Shown here: one piece after another, positions 25,901 through 39,894 of the stretch
Layout of the letters: each line of letters starts with the position of its first letter
Position numbering within the stretch: position 1 is the first letter of the stretch
Assembly (NCBI RefSeq): GCF_006345805.1
Contig: NC_043000.1
Span: forward strand, 108,686,001-108,750,000
Length of the DNA stretch: 64,000 nt
Source of the DNA: Octopus sinensis
Taxonomy: Eukaryota
Direction: 5' to 3'
Notes under the pieces: model-generated
Told to the model about the DNA's origin: nothing
The model's input: the letters and a program-made list of their open reading frames with translations, nothing else
Database searches by the model: none
Translations under genes and position numbers: made by a program

Positions 25901-28900
25901 TAAATAAATCAACAACTATATTAGATTCAAGCCCTCTTGCACCTTACCATACATACATACATACATACATCATCATTTTATGTCCATTGTACAATGGTTT
26001 GAGTGGGGTGGCATGCTGTGCCAGGATCCAGCCTGATTTGGAATGGTTTTCTATGGCTGGATGCCCTCCCTAATGCCAACCACTCCAAGAGTGTAATGGG
26101 TGCTTTTATGTGCCACTGGCATGGGTGCCATTTGCATGACACTGGTATCTGCCACAACTGCAATTTTGCTCGGCTTGATGGGCCTTCTTTTCAAACACAA
26201 CAATGCCAAAGGTCTTGGTCATTGCTTTTGTGAGGCCCAACACTTGAATGGAGCTCAGCCATTTTGCCTCCATGAAGCCCAAAACTCGAAAGGAACTCGG
26301 TCACTTTGCCTCTGTCAGGCCTAATGGAAAAGATACAATGAAGATACATTTCAACAATGTGTCAAAGACAGCAGTTTCGTAGATAGAAGAGGAACCAAAC
26401 GTTAACAACTTATTCTGAATTAAATCAAGGCTTGGTCAATTTGGACTCCTACCGTTTCTCTGGATACATTCAGTTATGAAGTAATGCCCAACCTTTCAAA
26501 CTCATCATCTGCACATTTTTCACACTTTTCCAACTGAAGTGATATCATGGCCATATTCTTCATCGTATAACACTACCATATTGTAGTTTCCCTATTTCTT
26601 AATCTGTGCATGAGGGATCAATACCATCAAGAGGAAGTCAACAAGAGAATTATATAGTTAAAAAGAAAAAAGATTATTACCCTGCGTGCGTAAATGAAAG
26701 CAGGGCATTGTAGTCAATCGTCTTTGTTGTGTTTGAGAATCCAACTAGGAAGTTGGATTAAAGATGGTTGCTTCTGCTAGGAATCTATGGTGGAGGTGGC
26801 TATGGACTCTACCCCCAACAACCCTCTCAAGAACGGGGGGGGGGGCAGAGAAAAATAGACGAATGGATAAAATAAGGTAGTGCCCCAGTATGGCCTCGCT
26901 CAATCCAATGACTGAGTGAATGTTGATTCTTGTTTGCCAATACTTACTTGGATCTTCACATTGCCATTAATCTTGGAAGAGAGGGCAATAAATGTTGCCA
27001 CAGGTCCCTTGATAATGTCATCGTAAGCCACTACAAACGGTGAAAGTACTTCTGCAATAAAAAAGGAAAAACAAAAATTATTATTAATATAGAAAGGGCT
27101 GAAGGAGGACAGCTTCGACTTGAAATGGAAAGGGAAGATAGAGAGGAAAATAGTGCCTTCTAACAAACTTGTTGAGAGATGGGTGACAGTAGCAAGAATG
27201 GTCCAGATAAATGGGCCTGCTCTGAGTATGTGTGTCTATAGATTGAGAGAGGGTGATGAGGGAGAGGGTACTTGCCTTAGTGGTCAGAGTAAATGGGATT
27301 TGTGCAGCTTTCACAGGCAGCCCTTAGAGGTCTCCCACTTTTTGAGGAATTTTCTGGTTTGAATTTTTGTTTCTTTGTTTTTGTTATTTTACTGTTAATA
27401 GGGCTTCGTAGAGCCACATGCCATATCCTATTGTATCATCTTGTACAATCCTTGATCTGTTTTTAAGCCCTTATTAAAGAAATTATTATTATTATTACTG
27501 AAAGAATCAGAAGTGTGGTGGAGAAAATACTCTGTGGTATTTTCTTCAGTTGCTTTCTTTTACATTTAGAGTTCTAATTCTGTCAAGGTTGATCTTACTT
27601 GTCACCCTCTCAGAATCAATAAAATCAAGTACCAGCTATGAATTGGGGAGGGGGGGCGTCAATGTAACTGGCTACTATTCGCCCCGTGCCAAAAAGAAAT
27701 ACTGTGACCCTGGACCAATGCTAACAATCATCATTATTTTCTATGAATCTGACAAAGAAATCACAAGTGTAACAATGTAATGGACAAATTAAATAAAAGA
27801 GGATCAATGAGACGTGTGAAAGTGCTTTCATTGCAATTTCTGACTTTGTCAATGACATGCCTTCCTCCTCCTCTTCTCCGGGTCTGCAACGAAAGGACTT
27901 GGTCAAACTTAACAGATTGATTGATTAATCTAAGGGTTAATCAGAAGAGAAGAGTATCGATTGAAACTTTTGGAAAAACCATTGTAAGAGGTAAAACAAT
28001 ACAAGAAGAGAAACATTTAGAAGTGGAACCACTTGAAACTCTATTACAGACACTGTTGAAGTCCAGACCCAGAAGATGCAACTCTACTTATTATGATCAT
28101 CCTGACACTCCATATTTCATGGCTGGGTATACTTAAGACTATGAACAACATTTAGCTATAGAAACATCTGAGGAAAGGGGGTTGTGTATGTCTCATGGGA
28201 CCATGGGCCTGAAACCAATCCCAGACAAGGATTTCATGGAAGCCCAGCCATTGGCCATGGATGCAGGTTGTCCTTCTTCACAGCATCCCTGTTGTTTAAG
28301 AAGAAAGCAGAGACCAGTACTGATGCCGTTGCTATAGGAATGCAAAGAGCAACGTCACAGCAGGATATTAAGTTGGAACACCACGAGGCAGACAAACTGA
28401 TGGGTTCAAGACTCGAAATTTCATTTTCTGGGGGAAAAACAGCTTCTCCAACAAAAATAATCCCAGTTACAGCAGTGGACTTCAGCCATGCTGGAGCACT
28501 GCCTTGAAGGGTTTACGAGGATCGATAAGTCTGATACTTATTCTATCAGTTACTCTTGCCAAACCACTAAGTTATAGGGGATACAAACAAACCAAAACTA
28601 GTTGTCAGGCAGGGGTAGGGGAGACACAACAAAGACACACATAGGCTAGGATTCCACACAGTTTCTGTCAACCTTATTAACTCACAAAGCATTGATTGAT
28701 AGCAGAAGATACTTGCCCAAGGTGTTGTGCAGTGGGACTGAACCCAAAACTGGATGGTTACAAAGCAAGCAGAGTCGCGCCCACATTTATATAAACAGAG
28801 AGAAAAAGAAAAGGACCAAATCATAAAAGCAACATATTTTGAGGGTACTTCAGGATCATCAGCATCATTATCATCTGGAATTTCAGGACCGTTTCCTTTT

Positions 28901-31421
28901 AAAGACTTTCAGTGGGATGCTAAGCTTTAGAAAAATATATGTAACTCAACTCTCTCATCTACTGCCACCATTCATAAGGGGTCACAATCTTATCGTCTCA
29001 AATTGGTTTCTACAATGTTGTAAGAAAATCACAGATGGGACTGGAACTTTCTCAGTAGGTTCAAAATAATTAGACACAAAAGTACACCCCATCATATGAC
29101 ACTATGCCAGCATGACACACTGACACACATCAAAGACAAGGATCCAACAATCACCCAAAGGATGCTATGGACTACATTCATTTCCATTATCACCAATTCT
29201 TCTGACATCAGCCAAAACTGCAATTAATAATGATGATGATTTATTTTCCACAAGGGCAAAGGATGAAGGGGCCAAGACAAAGACAGATATAAGGTGTTGG
29301 GGGGGGGGGGTGTACATGAAATGAAATGACACAAAAAGAAATATATAGAGAATAGTATACACAGTATACAATCAAACAAAGAGAAGCATAAAAAACAGTA
29401 AGAGAAAAAAAAGTGGGGATGATAGTGATGATGTCCTGGCACAGGAGGACCTCTAGGAATAATCGAGGAGCCCTACCATCTAAGATCTCCCTAAACACAG
29501 AGGACAAGTGCTCTCTCCAACTCACAGGTCTATACTTAGAGCAGTGTCATCCACTCTTCCCATTTTCACAACTTTCAATAAATTCACAAGGACAGCACCT
29601 CCCTCTCCACCCTTGCCTTTTCAAGTGAAAACTTGAAAAGGTTAGTGAGGACCCTATCAAAGAGGAAAGACTCTGTCCTCATGCTTTTCAGCCTCATCCA
29701 GCAGATAATCTCTTGCCATTGCCATTAAGCAAAGGAAAACTACCTTATCTGCCTGATTAAAGCAATACTCACTATGGACTCAGCAGACAGATGGATCTGT
29801 GCCCACATACAACAGCAGTTGTTCAGCATAACTCCCACGGGTCATCAATGCACGGACACTGAAAGAGTGCATGTACACATCTCAGACAATCCTGTCTGAC
29901 AGCACATCCATGCCTGTTGAGTTTATCTTGAACTGGTAATGCCTCTCAGAGGCACTGCCAAGCCAAGGACATCTGGAAATTATCCATGGTAGTCCCTGTC
30001 CAAAAAAGTCCTCCACAACAAACTAACCAGTTTGTTTTCATCAACAGCCACAGTCTCCCTGAGAAAATCATCACACTTCTCCTCCACTAATCCTCCACAT
30101 CTTGCTAAAGTGGAACATGCACCAATGACATTCTAGGTGCCAGGTGCCCAATCTCAGTCTTTTCTTCACCCAGGACTGCAGCTCTGTCAAGGAGACAAGC
30201 TGCAGAAAGACAAGCCTCACGAATGGTACTTAGACATGCCCACTGTTCAAAAATTGTTACAGTGAGTGCAACCGGAGTGCATGCCTCTGCATAAGAAGCT
30301 GCCACTGAGAGGGTACTGGCAGCAGACTGACCATTGGAATGTGTCCCTTCCACAAGAAATTAAATAAGATACACTCCATCTTGGTCAAGCAGTACCTGGA
30401 GCAGGACACAATGGCCAGGCAATAAATGATGATGGCTGACCTTTCAGAAACAGCTTCTTCTCAGCCTGTTTCTGGTAAGACTAGCCACCTTGCTTGTCAC
30501 CTCATCCCAGTTCTTATCCACCTGGAGGTTGGGACCAAACCAGACCCCAAGCAGTTTAACTGGTTTGTCAGTTCAATGTCCCCTGATGCAGTCCAACAGC
30601 ATCGACCTTCCTCTCCAGGTGCCCAACTGCAAGCCGGCTGACTTGTTGGAGTTGCAACCAACTTGTATTCCTTTAGAACGGTGCTGACCGTCTCCACTCC
30701 TGGGTATCCAACAACAACAATAATACGTCTCAAGGTGGTTAAAATCCCAAGTGATTGCAGGGGCTGAAGGAATGATCAAAACTGAAAATTAACCAAGAAT
30801 GATTCCTGGCTTACCATCCCAGCAAGAAGTGCAAAAGATTGTTTTCACAAGTATGTCACACATATTGAAAAGAGCATTGTTGCTGTGAAAATGATAAATG
30901 TCAATGTAAATAATTGTTTGTTTGTTTTTCTACTGAACACCATTTGATTTGTAAATGAATTTATTTGGTGAGTTACTTTTAATGGCCAATCAATGTATAC
31001 AGTGAGCTTTATTGCCCTAGGTGTCGGGAAGACATGGCCAGAAATGGAAACGAAATTGAAAGATGACGAAAAACTAATAATAATAATAATAATAATAATA
31101 ATAGCACTGACAACCAAATTTGAGAAATATGTCAGAGAAAAGTACAAACAACCAAGTTCAAGAAATATATCAGAGAATTCGGAATTGACATGAGAGCAGT
31201 GCAAGCCTAAAAAACTGCTCTGCTGGGGACAGCTAGGATTTTGAGATTACTACTTGGATGTTGAATGTCTGCCACATTAATTAACAACCAATTATCAAAG
31301 CTTATAATGTGCAGAAGGAGACCCTGTGAGACCTCTGACAGCAGGCTGCTGTCTGTTCTCACAAAATTGGCCAGAGCAAACAAGACCAAACGCTCTGAGA
31401 AGTAAAACAAAAACAACAACA

Positions 31422-31454
<33 letters not shown>

Positions 31455-31659
31455 TGTGTCAAAAGGATGATTAATTACTAGCTAGAATCATAGTCAAGCA
31501 GTAATTAACAGCAATTCTTGTTAGTCGTATCAGTGAAATAAGATTAGATAAACAAATGTAAAATATAGCCAGCAGTGGTCCAGCTTGGAGTAAATCTTAC
31601 ACTTGCACACTGTATTAATTCCATGCTAATCTCACTATTTCCATAATCCTTTCAATATA

Positions 31660-31690
<31 letters not shown>

Positions 31691-34600
31691 TACACAAGGC
31701 ATTTTAAGTTGTGACAGTGCAACTTGAAGTGAGAAGTTTGTTCTTTCAAGTTCTTTCCTGAAGGCAAAAAAAAAAGAAAAAAACAACTACAAAATATCAC
31801 ACATAAGAAGGAGTTAACATCATCAGTTTGTAAGAGTATTAAAAATTTAAACCGTAAATATCCTCACCACGCTCGTCATTGCATTTACATCTACTTTTCA
31901 ATGTTTTAATGGCTCTGATGGAATTTGTTATGACAGATTTCCTACAGCTGGATGCCCTTCCTGTCACCAAACCATAACTTTTTCAAGCAAGGGGATATTT
32001 TCTCATAACCAGACATGGTTTTCATGGAAGACGGGGAAAAAATGAATACTCAACACAAAACAAGGGTAGACGCACACACATGCGACAGACTTCTTTCAGT
32101 TTTTATCTCCCAAATCTACTCACAGACGCATTGATTAGCCCAGAGCTGTAGAAGATACTTGCCCAAGGTGCCTAGCAGTAGGACTGAACTGGAGACCACA
32201 TGGCTGGGAAGCAAGATTCTTAACTACCCACCTAGATAATAAGAGTGTGGTGATTAATGTATAAAGAATTAATGAACTAAACTAGAAAAATATCATATTA
32301 AACAATGACTAATATTTTCCATTCAGGGTGACGACATCAAACAGATTTTTGACATCTTGTCATCTTCATAGCTTCACAGAATAATTACTAATGAGGAAAT
32401 CTGGATAAACAATATCATTTCTACTTGTGTGAATGTGAGAAGTTTAATACAAACCATCAGGGTGAAAATGAGTGTAAAAACAAAAACAAGAGCTACGTGT
32501 ATTACAGATTTATTTAAGGTTGAAAAGTTGAGGATTACATTATATTCAATACTACTACATTTTGTAATGTACTGAATGGCATGCCAAACAATAGATTTGA
32601 CATTTCCTCTACATGTCATCAAAGGTGATTAAAGAGGTTGGAAAACCACAACCAGCAACAACTACCCAGGCAGATCCATGGGTCAGAGGGTTGTTACCTG
32701 AGTGGTGCAGCCACATCATCCACCAGGAATAGTAGGGAATTGCTGACAAATGATGGATTCCCAATACCTGACCTGATCTACATTGTAAAATATTCTAGAC
32801 AATAGGCTGATTGATTTGTATATGTATGAAATATTGTAAAGAAATTGCTTATAAGGTCACCTATTATATTGGATTCTCTTGTCACATCCATGAAAGAGGG
32901 ATCAACAAGACACAAGTGCATAGTGCTCTTAGTTCAGTGTTTGATCATGTCTCGTGGGAATTCAAACTTATCCAGGATTTGCAAATTCAGTGGCTGACAT
33001 TGCAATTGTAATCTCTGTCATCTGGGCTTGGCTCTATTTGGGGGTCCTTTGCTTTTTTAGGGTGTAGATCTTGGCTGTCTCAAAGTCAGAGATGGCTTTA
33101 GTGTTTCTGATTCCTGTGTCTTCAGATTTATCTTGTAAGTCTTTATAGAGTGTCCTTATAATGGAACAGTGAGTGGCCTTGGTGCCTGGTACCAAAGATT
33201 ACACACTGAGTTCAAGTCCCATGGAGGCCAACTTTGCCTTACATTCTTTTGGGGTCAATAAAATATCGTAGCAGTGAAGTACTGGAGTTGATCAGATAAA
33301 ACAAAGGACCTGTGAAGTAACGGAGCCAAAGAAATCAACTAACTGACACCCCTAAAAATTGTAGGCCTTATGTCAAAATTAGAATCAGCCAAGAAAGAAG
33401 CCTCAGCAAGGGATCCACTGGGCAGTGAGTTAAAATGATACACTACTACAGATTAAGAGAAGAGAATATTGAATATATTTTGTCTGATTCTTTTACTTAT
33501 TTCAGTCACTGGACTGTGGCCATGCTGGGGCACAACATTCACTGGTTTTAGTCAAACAAATTAACCTTAGTACTTCTAAAGCCCGGTACTTATTCTATTG
33601 GTCCAAATTGCTAAGTTACATGAACGTAAACTAACAAAAACTTGTTGTGAAGCAGTGAGTAGGTGAGAACACACACACACACACAAGTGGGCTTCTTTCA
33701 GTTTCTGTCTAAGTTAATACACTCAAAAGTTGGCCTGAGATATCTGTAGAAGACATTTGCCCAGTGGGACAGACCCAAAAACCACAGGGTTGCAAAGTGA
33801 GCTTCTAAATCACAACAGCCATGATGTGCCCTATCATATATGGAATGATCAGCAAAAGGGTTTCAGTTTTTGATCAGAAAAGAACTCTGCCCAGATCAGG
33901 GCTGACTTGGGACCCTAGAACTAAACTTATCACTTCAGGTTACAGCAGCAGCACCTTGTGAAGCAATTTTCCATCTGGAGTTGGGAAATAAAGGAATGAT
34001 AGGGGAACAAAGGCAAAAAATAGCAGCACTGCACCCACCACCACCACCTCTGCTGCTACACAGAAGAATCTTTTTACCATTATCTTCTCTGGTTCCTCAG
34101 TTAAGAATGCTCCTCCCCAACCACAACTGAGATTTCTTCTCCACCTTCAAGAGTCTTCTGGTAATTCAGTTTCAATGACGCATGCCATTACATCTACCAG
34201 TCCCTGTTTTTTCACAGCAATACCTGTGATTGGTGCAGAAAACAACACAAGATTGGAGAGAGGGGGGGTGAGAGAGAGAGAGAGCATGTATATGTTTACA
34301 TTTCATATGTCCCATAAGTATGTCAGGTTTGCTAACGTTTAACTGCTGTCTTAGGGAACACATTTAATACACCATTATTTATATTTATATATATATATAT
34401 ATACACATACACACACACACATACACAAATAACATGGAGGGAGTGATTTGAGAAGATTCACCACTCCAAATTTTCAGCAAGTTTCTAATCTTAGTTTTGA
34501 CAAGTAAAATAAGGGAGGAGACGTGTAAAGGTGGAAAAAAAAAAAAACACCCATCCTTTTTTTTCCTTAATTGTTTTTTGCTAGGAGATACTTTTGCATT

Positions 34601-37600
34601 GTAACTATACCTGAAAACAGATGTGAGAAATATTGTTAATAGAAGTAAATGAATAAAAATAAAAGGTAATAAGAAAAATAACAAGAAAGGCTGGAATGGT
34701 GTGAGGATTCGAAATAACTTATGTAACTTTAGTATTTAACAAGGTCAGTTTGACATCTGGGTTTATACATCTGGCAGTACCTTAGTAACAGGATCAGGTT
34801 CCAGAGTGAAGAGAACAGAAAGCTGATTGGCTGTAATAGCAAATGACATAATTAGGAAAACTCAGGATTTAAACCAGCAATTCTTCACCGCAGCTCCCAG
34901 GGTCTCACGCAGCCCTCAATGGCCTTCCCTCTATAAATAGAAACTTTTCTTTAATCCAGGGGTGTTTTACTGTTTTTGGTGCAGCCCCCTAAAAAAACCA
35001 GGTTTGAGATCTGGCCCTAATATTAAAAGGGCTGAGAACATTGCTTTAGACAATGACCAATATCTATGTGTGAGGATAGAAATGTGTATTTATGAAGGTG
35101 TACACACTTTTTGTGTTCCCTTAGACTAAGTATGAAGTAAAACTTTTCTTGCTCCTTGAAAGAAGACTTGCCCCACCCCCACCAAAACTTATAAAACATT
35201 TAAATTTAAATTTATATATATTGTTTACCTTTTCTCTTTAACTTGTTTCAGTCATTGGATTGTATCCATGTCAGGGCACTGCCTTGAAGGTTTTAGTCAC
35301 ACAAATCAACAACAATAATTTATTTTAAAGGGTAGTATTTGTGCTGCCAATTTCTTTTGCTCAACCACTAAGTTACGAGGATGTAAACAAACCAACAATG
35401 GTTGTCAAGTAGTAGTGGGTGAGGGTCAAACACACATACTTGTGCGTGTGTGCATGATAGGCTTCCACACAGTATCCATCTACCAAATTCCCTTACAGGT
35501 ATTGGTCAGCCCATGACTACAGAAGATACTTGCCCAAGGTGCTCTACAGTGGAACTGAGTGATCGAATAAATACCAAGCTTAAAAAATGTACTGTGGCCA
35601 TACTATGGCAGCGTAGCATGGCCACAGTCCATTGACTGAAACAAAGGCATATGATAAAAGACTGGACCCACAAATAAATGAAGGTACGTCAAGGAGTCCA
35701 TTTTTATGTTTGTGTAAACATTCTAGTGTTGATGGCTGTCATGAAGCCCATTTGGTCCACTTCTTCATTTGGGGTTCTAACTAAAGAGTCAGGTGAAGCA
35801 AGTAACCTCGATTCGAATGAATCCTACAAGTAATTGTGTAGCCTTGTCTTGATGATATGTAATGTTATTTGTTTCCAATCTCTCATGGAAAACATGCTTG
35901 AGCATGAGGAAATATTGTCTTGCATGGAAACAGTGGGGGTTGGTGACAGGAAGGGCATTCCAGCAGTAGATCTGCCTCAACAAATTCCATCTCACCCATG
36001 CAAACATGAAAAAGCAGACATCAAATGACAATGCTATATATGATGTGTGTGTGTGTGTGTGTGTACAAGTACGCACTCACACAGCAGGAAAAGTTTATAT
36101 TAATGGTGTTAAGACTAAGAAAAAATATATATATATAAATAATAGAAAGACTAAATCAAAGAACATTATCAGGTATAATATATCATTCACATATTCCATA
36201 GCTACTAATATTCTTCAGAAAATCTTTGCTGCACTATATAAATATTTCCCACCTTCAAACAAGTATGGAAAATTATTTCATCACCATAAGGTAAAATTTT
36301 CATATTCAACCACCAGAAATTTGGCTGAAATTGTAGCAGCACATAGCGAAAGTAGAATTAGGCAATATCGCAACACAACATCTGTAAACACAAGAAGAAC
36401 CAATAGTGTGAATTGTGGAATTAAATCAATGATAATTTTACTTTAGGTAAAAGTAATTCCGACTGTGATAATATGTGTGTGTTTGTGTGTATATACACAC
36501 AGACACACACATGTAAAATTCTACCATATATGCACAAGATGTCAGAGATGAGTGTTTCCAAGATGACCAATTTGCAGATTGCTAACCTGATGAAATACTG
36601 ATATTTACATGAAATATATCAATCGGTTAAATCTTCAATTGTGTGCTGATATCTTATTCTATTGACGTAAATACATAAAATAGTGGCCCAGTGATTAGGT
36701 ACACTGTAGTATCCTTAGTTTAGAAACAAAGTTTCCTGGTTCAAACCTAGTCTATAACTATATTCATATCCTAAAATAAGACAATGCGATAATACATAAT
36801 CATTTACCAGTTGACTTTCATAACCAAATAAAAACAGGAGCTTCATTCATTCAGTTTAAGACCCAGTAAGAACAATTGTGATTTCAAGATGCCATTCACC
36901 AATTAGGGAACAATTTTCTTCTCATCTTACTATTATGATGATTGGAGATTAAAAGATGTAGATATAAATATAGTGTGTGTGTGTGTGTGTGTGTGTGCGC
37001 ACGTGCGTGTGTGCATGTGTACTCTTGGGCATTTGGGAACTTATAACCTAATAAATGTAGTAATACAAATAGAAAATGTTGGATAAGATTCAAAACTATC
37101 TTGGGGAATTTGGCAAAAAGTAAAGCAATTAAAATTGCAGCATTTAAGACATCTTTTAACGACCGCAAGCTTATTACCTTTCGTCCAAAACAAACACAAA
37201 ACAACAAAATAGCAGCAATATCAATATTTGTTCAGCAACAGGTTGTTGATTTCAAAGGATTGAAGTTACGATATGGGGGAGGACCAGCCGGAATCATACC
37301 CACTGATTAAATTCTATTGCAAACACCATCATCTTTATATCGTCCAATTTTCCATGTTTGCATGGGTCAGACAGAATTTATTGAGAAAGATTTTCTCTGG
37401 CCAGTTGCCCTGCCTTTTAAATCTCATCAGTTTGCAAAAAAGGTAATATTTCACCATGATCAGACATGTATTCTTGGAAGATTGGAAATGAACAGCCTTG
37501 CTTGTATGATGGTGACACTCATCTACAGCTATCATGTGGAGTGAAGGCAACACACACACGATAGGGTTCTTTTAGCTTTAATCTATCAAATCCACTCACA

Positions 37601-38506
37601 CAGATTTGGTTGGCTTGGGGCTACAGAAGAAGACACTTGCCCAAGACACCAAGCAGTGAAAAAGATGATGCAGAAATAATATATAAACAGCCCTGACAGT
37701 CCAGAGGTTGTGATAATATGGTCAATTTGTTATACAGTGTAACCAACAGCATAACTGGGGAATAATCTCTTTCACAGAATATTGGAAATGAATGGCATTC
37801 ATTTACCAAAATACCAAAATCTTGTGATGTTAAGACAAGTCACTCAGCCACACACACAACTGGCCATGGGGAAATATTATCTTGTTTGGTAACGGGTGAA
37901 GGTTGGCAACAAGAAGGGCATCCAGCCATAGAGAACTTTTCTCAATAATCTCTGACTCGTGCAAGTATGGAAAAATGGGCATTAAGATAATGATCATCAT
38001 CATCATCATCATCATCATCATTTTGACTTTATGGTGGAGCATACTGTAATTGTTTAGGCATTTAAAACAATATCCCTAATTTAAAAATAGTAATAGGTTT
38101 CTAAGGGACTTTGACAATTGTACTAATAATCAGAAATGTAAAAAAGAAAGAAAAGGAGATTGGGTGAGATTCAGTTTGGTGCTGCAGTACAGGATGTTTT
38201 GTTAGAATTTTCTTTTTGTGGAAAGTTTAACCGATTTTTTTTGGTCCCCATTTTATTTATGAGACAAGCTATGTTACGATTGAAGGTTGGAGAACTAGTG
38301 GCCTCTTAAAGATAATGGGTATTTGTTTTAGGAAATTCAGGCTGTTATGTTGAGTAAAGTAACCAATTATATAATACATTGCTCGTATCACTGTTTGTGG
38401 TAGAATGTACATATTACATGTGTGTCTTTGACAAGGGGAGAGAGAGAGAAAGAAAGAGAGAGAGAGAAGAGAGTACTGGGAGGAAAGAAAGAAGAAGTAT
38501 ACTGGC

Positions 38507-38555
<49 letters not shown>

Positions 38556-39425
38556 AGGCAACTGAGTATAGGTTAGAAAGTATAAAAGCAGAAGTTATTT
38601 TGCTAAATAGTGTTGTGTGATTGAATCATGACTAAATTACCTCCGGGTTTTCTGAAGAGCTAAATAGCTGCAACTACAGCAGAGGCGAAGCTGGTTTTAG
38701 TTGGTATGAGTCATGCAGAATGGAGGATTAGTATTTCAGGAATGTCTAGTGAACAAAGGCTCCAGAGGTACAGGTTGTTGAAAGACAACAGGTATGGTGT
38801 CAGGAGAAAAAGGCTTCAGAATAGAAACGAAGAGATGAACACACACACACACACACATACAACTACTAGATACATGCCTGTGTATATATACATATATACA
38901 CACACACACACGGTATCTTTTACTTGTTTCATGCATTATACTATGGCGATGCTGGGGCATCACCTTGAACATACTGAACATATATACACGCACACACATA
39001 TATACATATGTATATACATACATATACGTCTATGTATATGCATACACATATATACATATGTATATACATACATATACGTCTATGTATATGCATACACATA
39101 TATAAATAGATATCTATGTATACATATATACATACATACATACATACATATATGTATACACACATATATATATATATATACAAACATATGTATACAGATA
39201 TATTTGCATACATATATGTATGCATACATATACATACATATATGTATTCATACACATATATATGTACATATAAGTATACATATATATATATATATACATA
39301 CATATATATATGCATACATATATATATACATACACACATATAGATATATATACATACATATATACACATATAGATATATATACATACATATATACACATA
39401 TAGATATATATACATACATATATAT

Positions 39426-39476
<51 letters not shown>

Positions 39477-39832
39477 CACACAAACATATACATGGTGGTT
39501 GTCTACCCCTTATGCAGAGTCTGACCACTTTAGATCTATCATGACGTCAGATGAGGCTTTTTAAACCCCACAAATGTTTTGAAAAGAGCCCAACATAAAC
39601 TGCATATCTGCTTTGGACCACCAAGAACTGCATTTAGGTTCTGGTCTTTATGGCTCTTAAAATGTCTTAGATTTGCAGACCTTATGGCATACACGACATA
39701 GAGAGACATTCACAGATAGATAGGCAGAGTAGTCTGGTGTCTGGCACGGGATTAGCTTATCTCATGAGCAGGTAGAAGCTCTTTAACTTTGGTTGGTAAT
39801 GTACCTAGGAGAAGGAAATCTCAAAAACATAT

Positions 39833-39894
<62 letters not shown>

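Noticed and set aside
29165-29218. Phase-1 acceptor-like site giving [17 protein letters not shown] (possible poison or terminal exon)
   Set aside because: Poor polypyrimidine tract and no protein similarity; expected by chance in a 33-kb intron.
38639-38700. CpG-containing segment with donor-like CGGAG|GTAATT beside a (GA)n tract, as a possible non-coding first exon
   Set aside because: Donor only moderate, with no ORF or other support.
38706-39564. Long ORFs of 195-272 aa rich in [12 protein letters not shown]
   Set aside because: They are translations of (TA)/(CA) microsatellites, which lack stops in some frames; the same applies to ORFs near 8660-9080 and 10546-11153.
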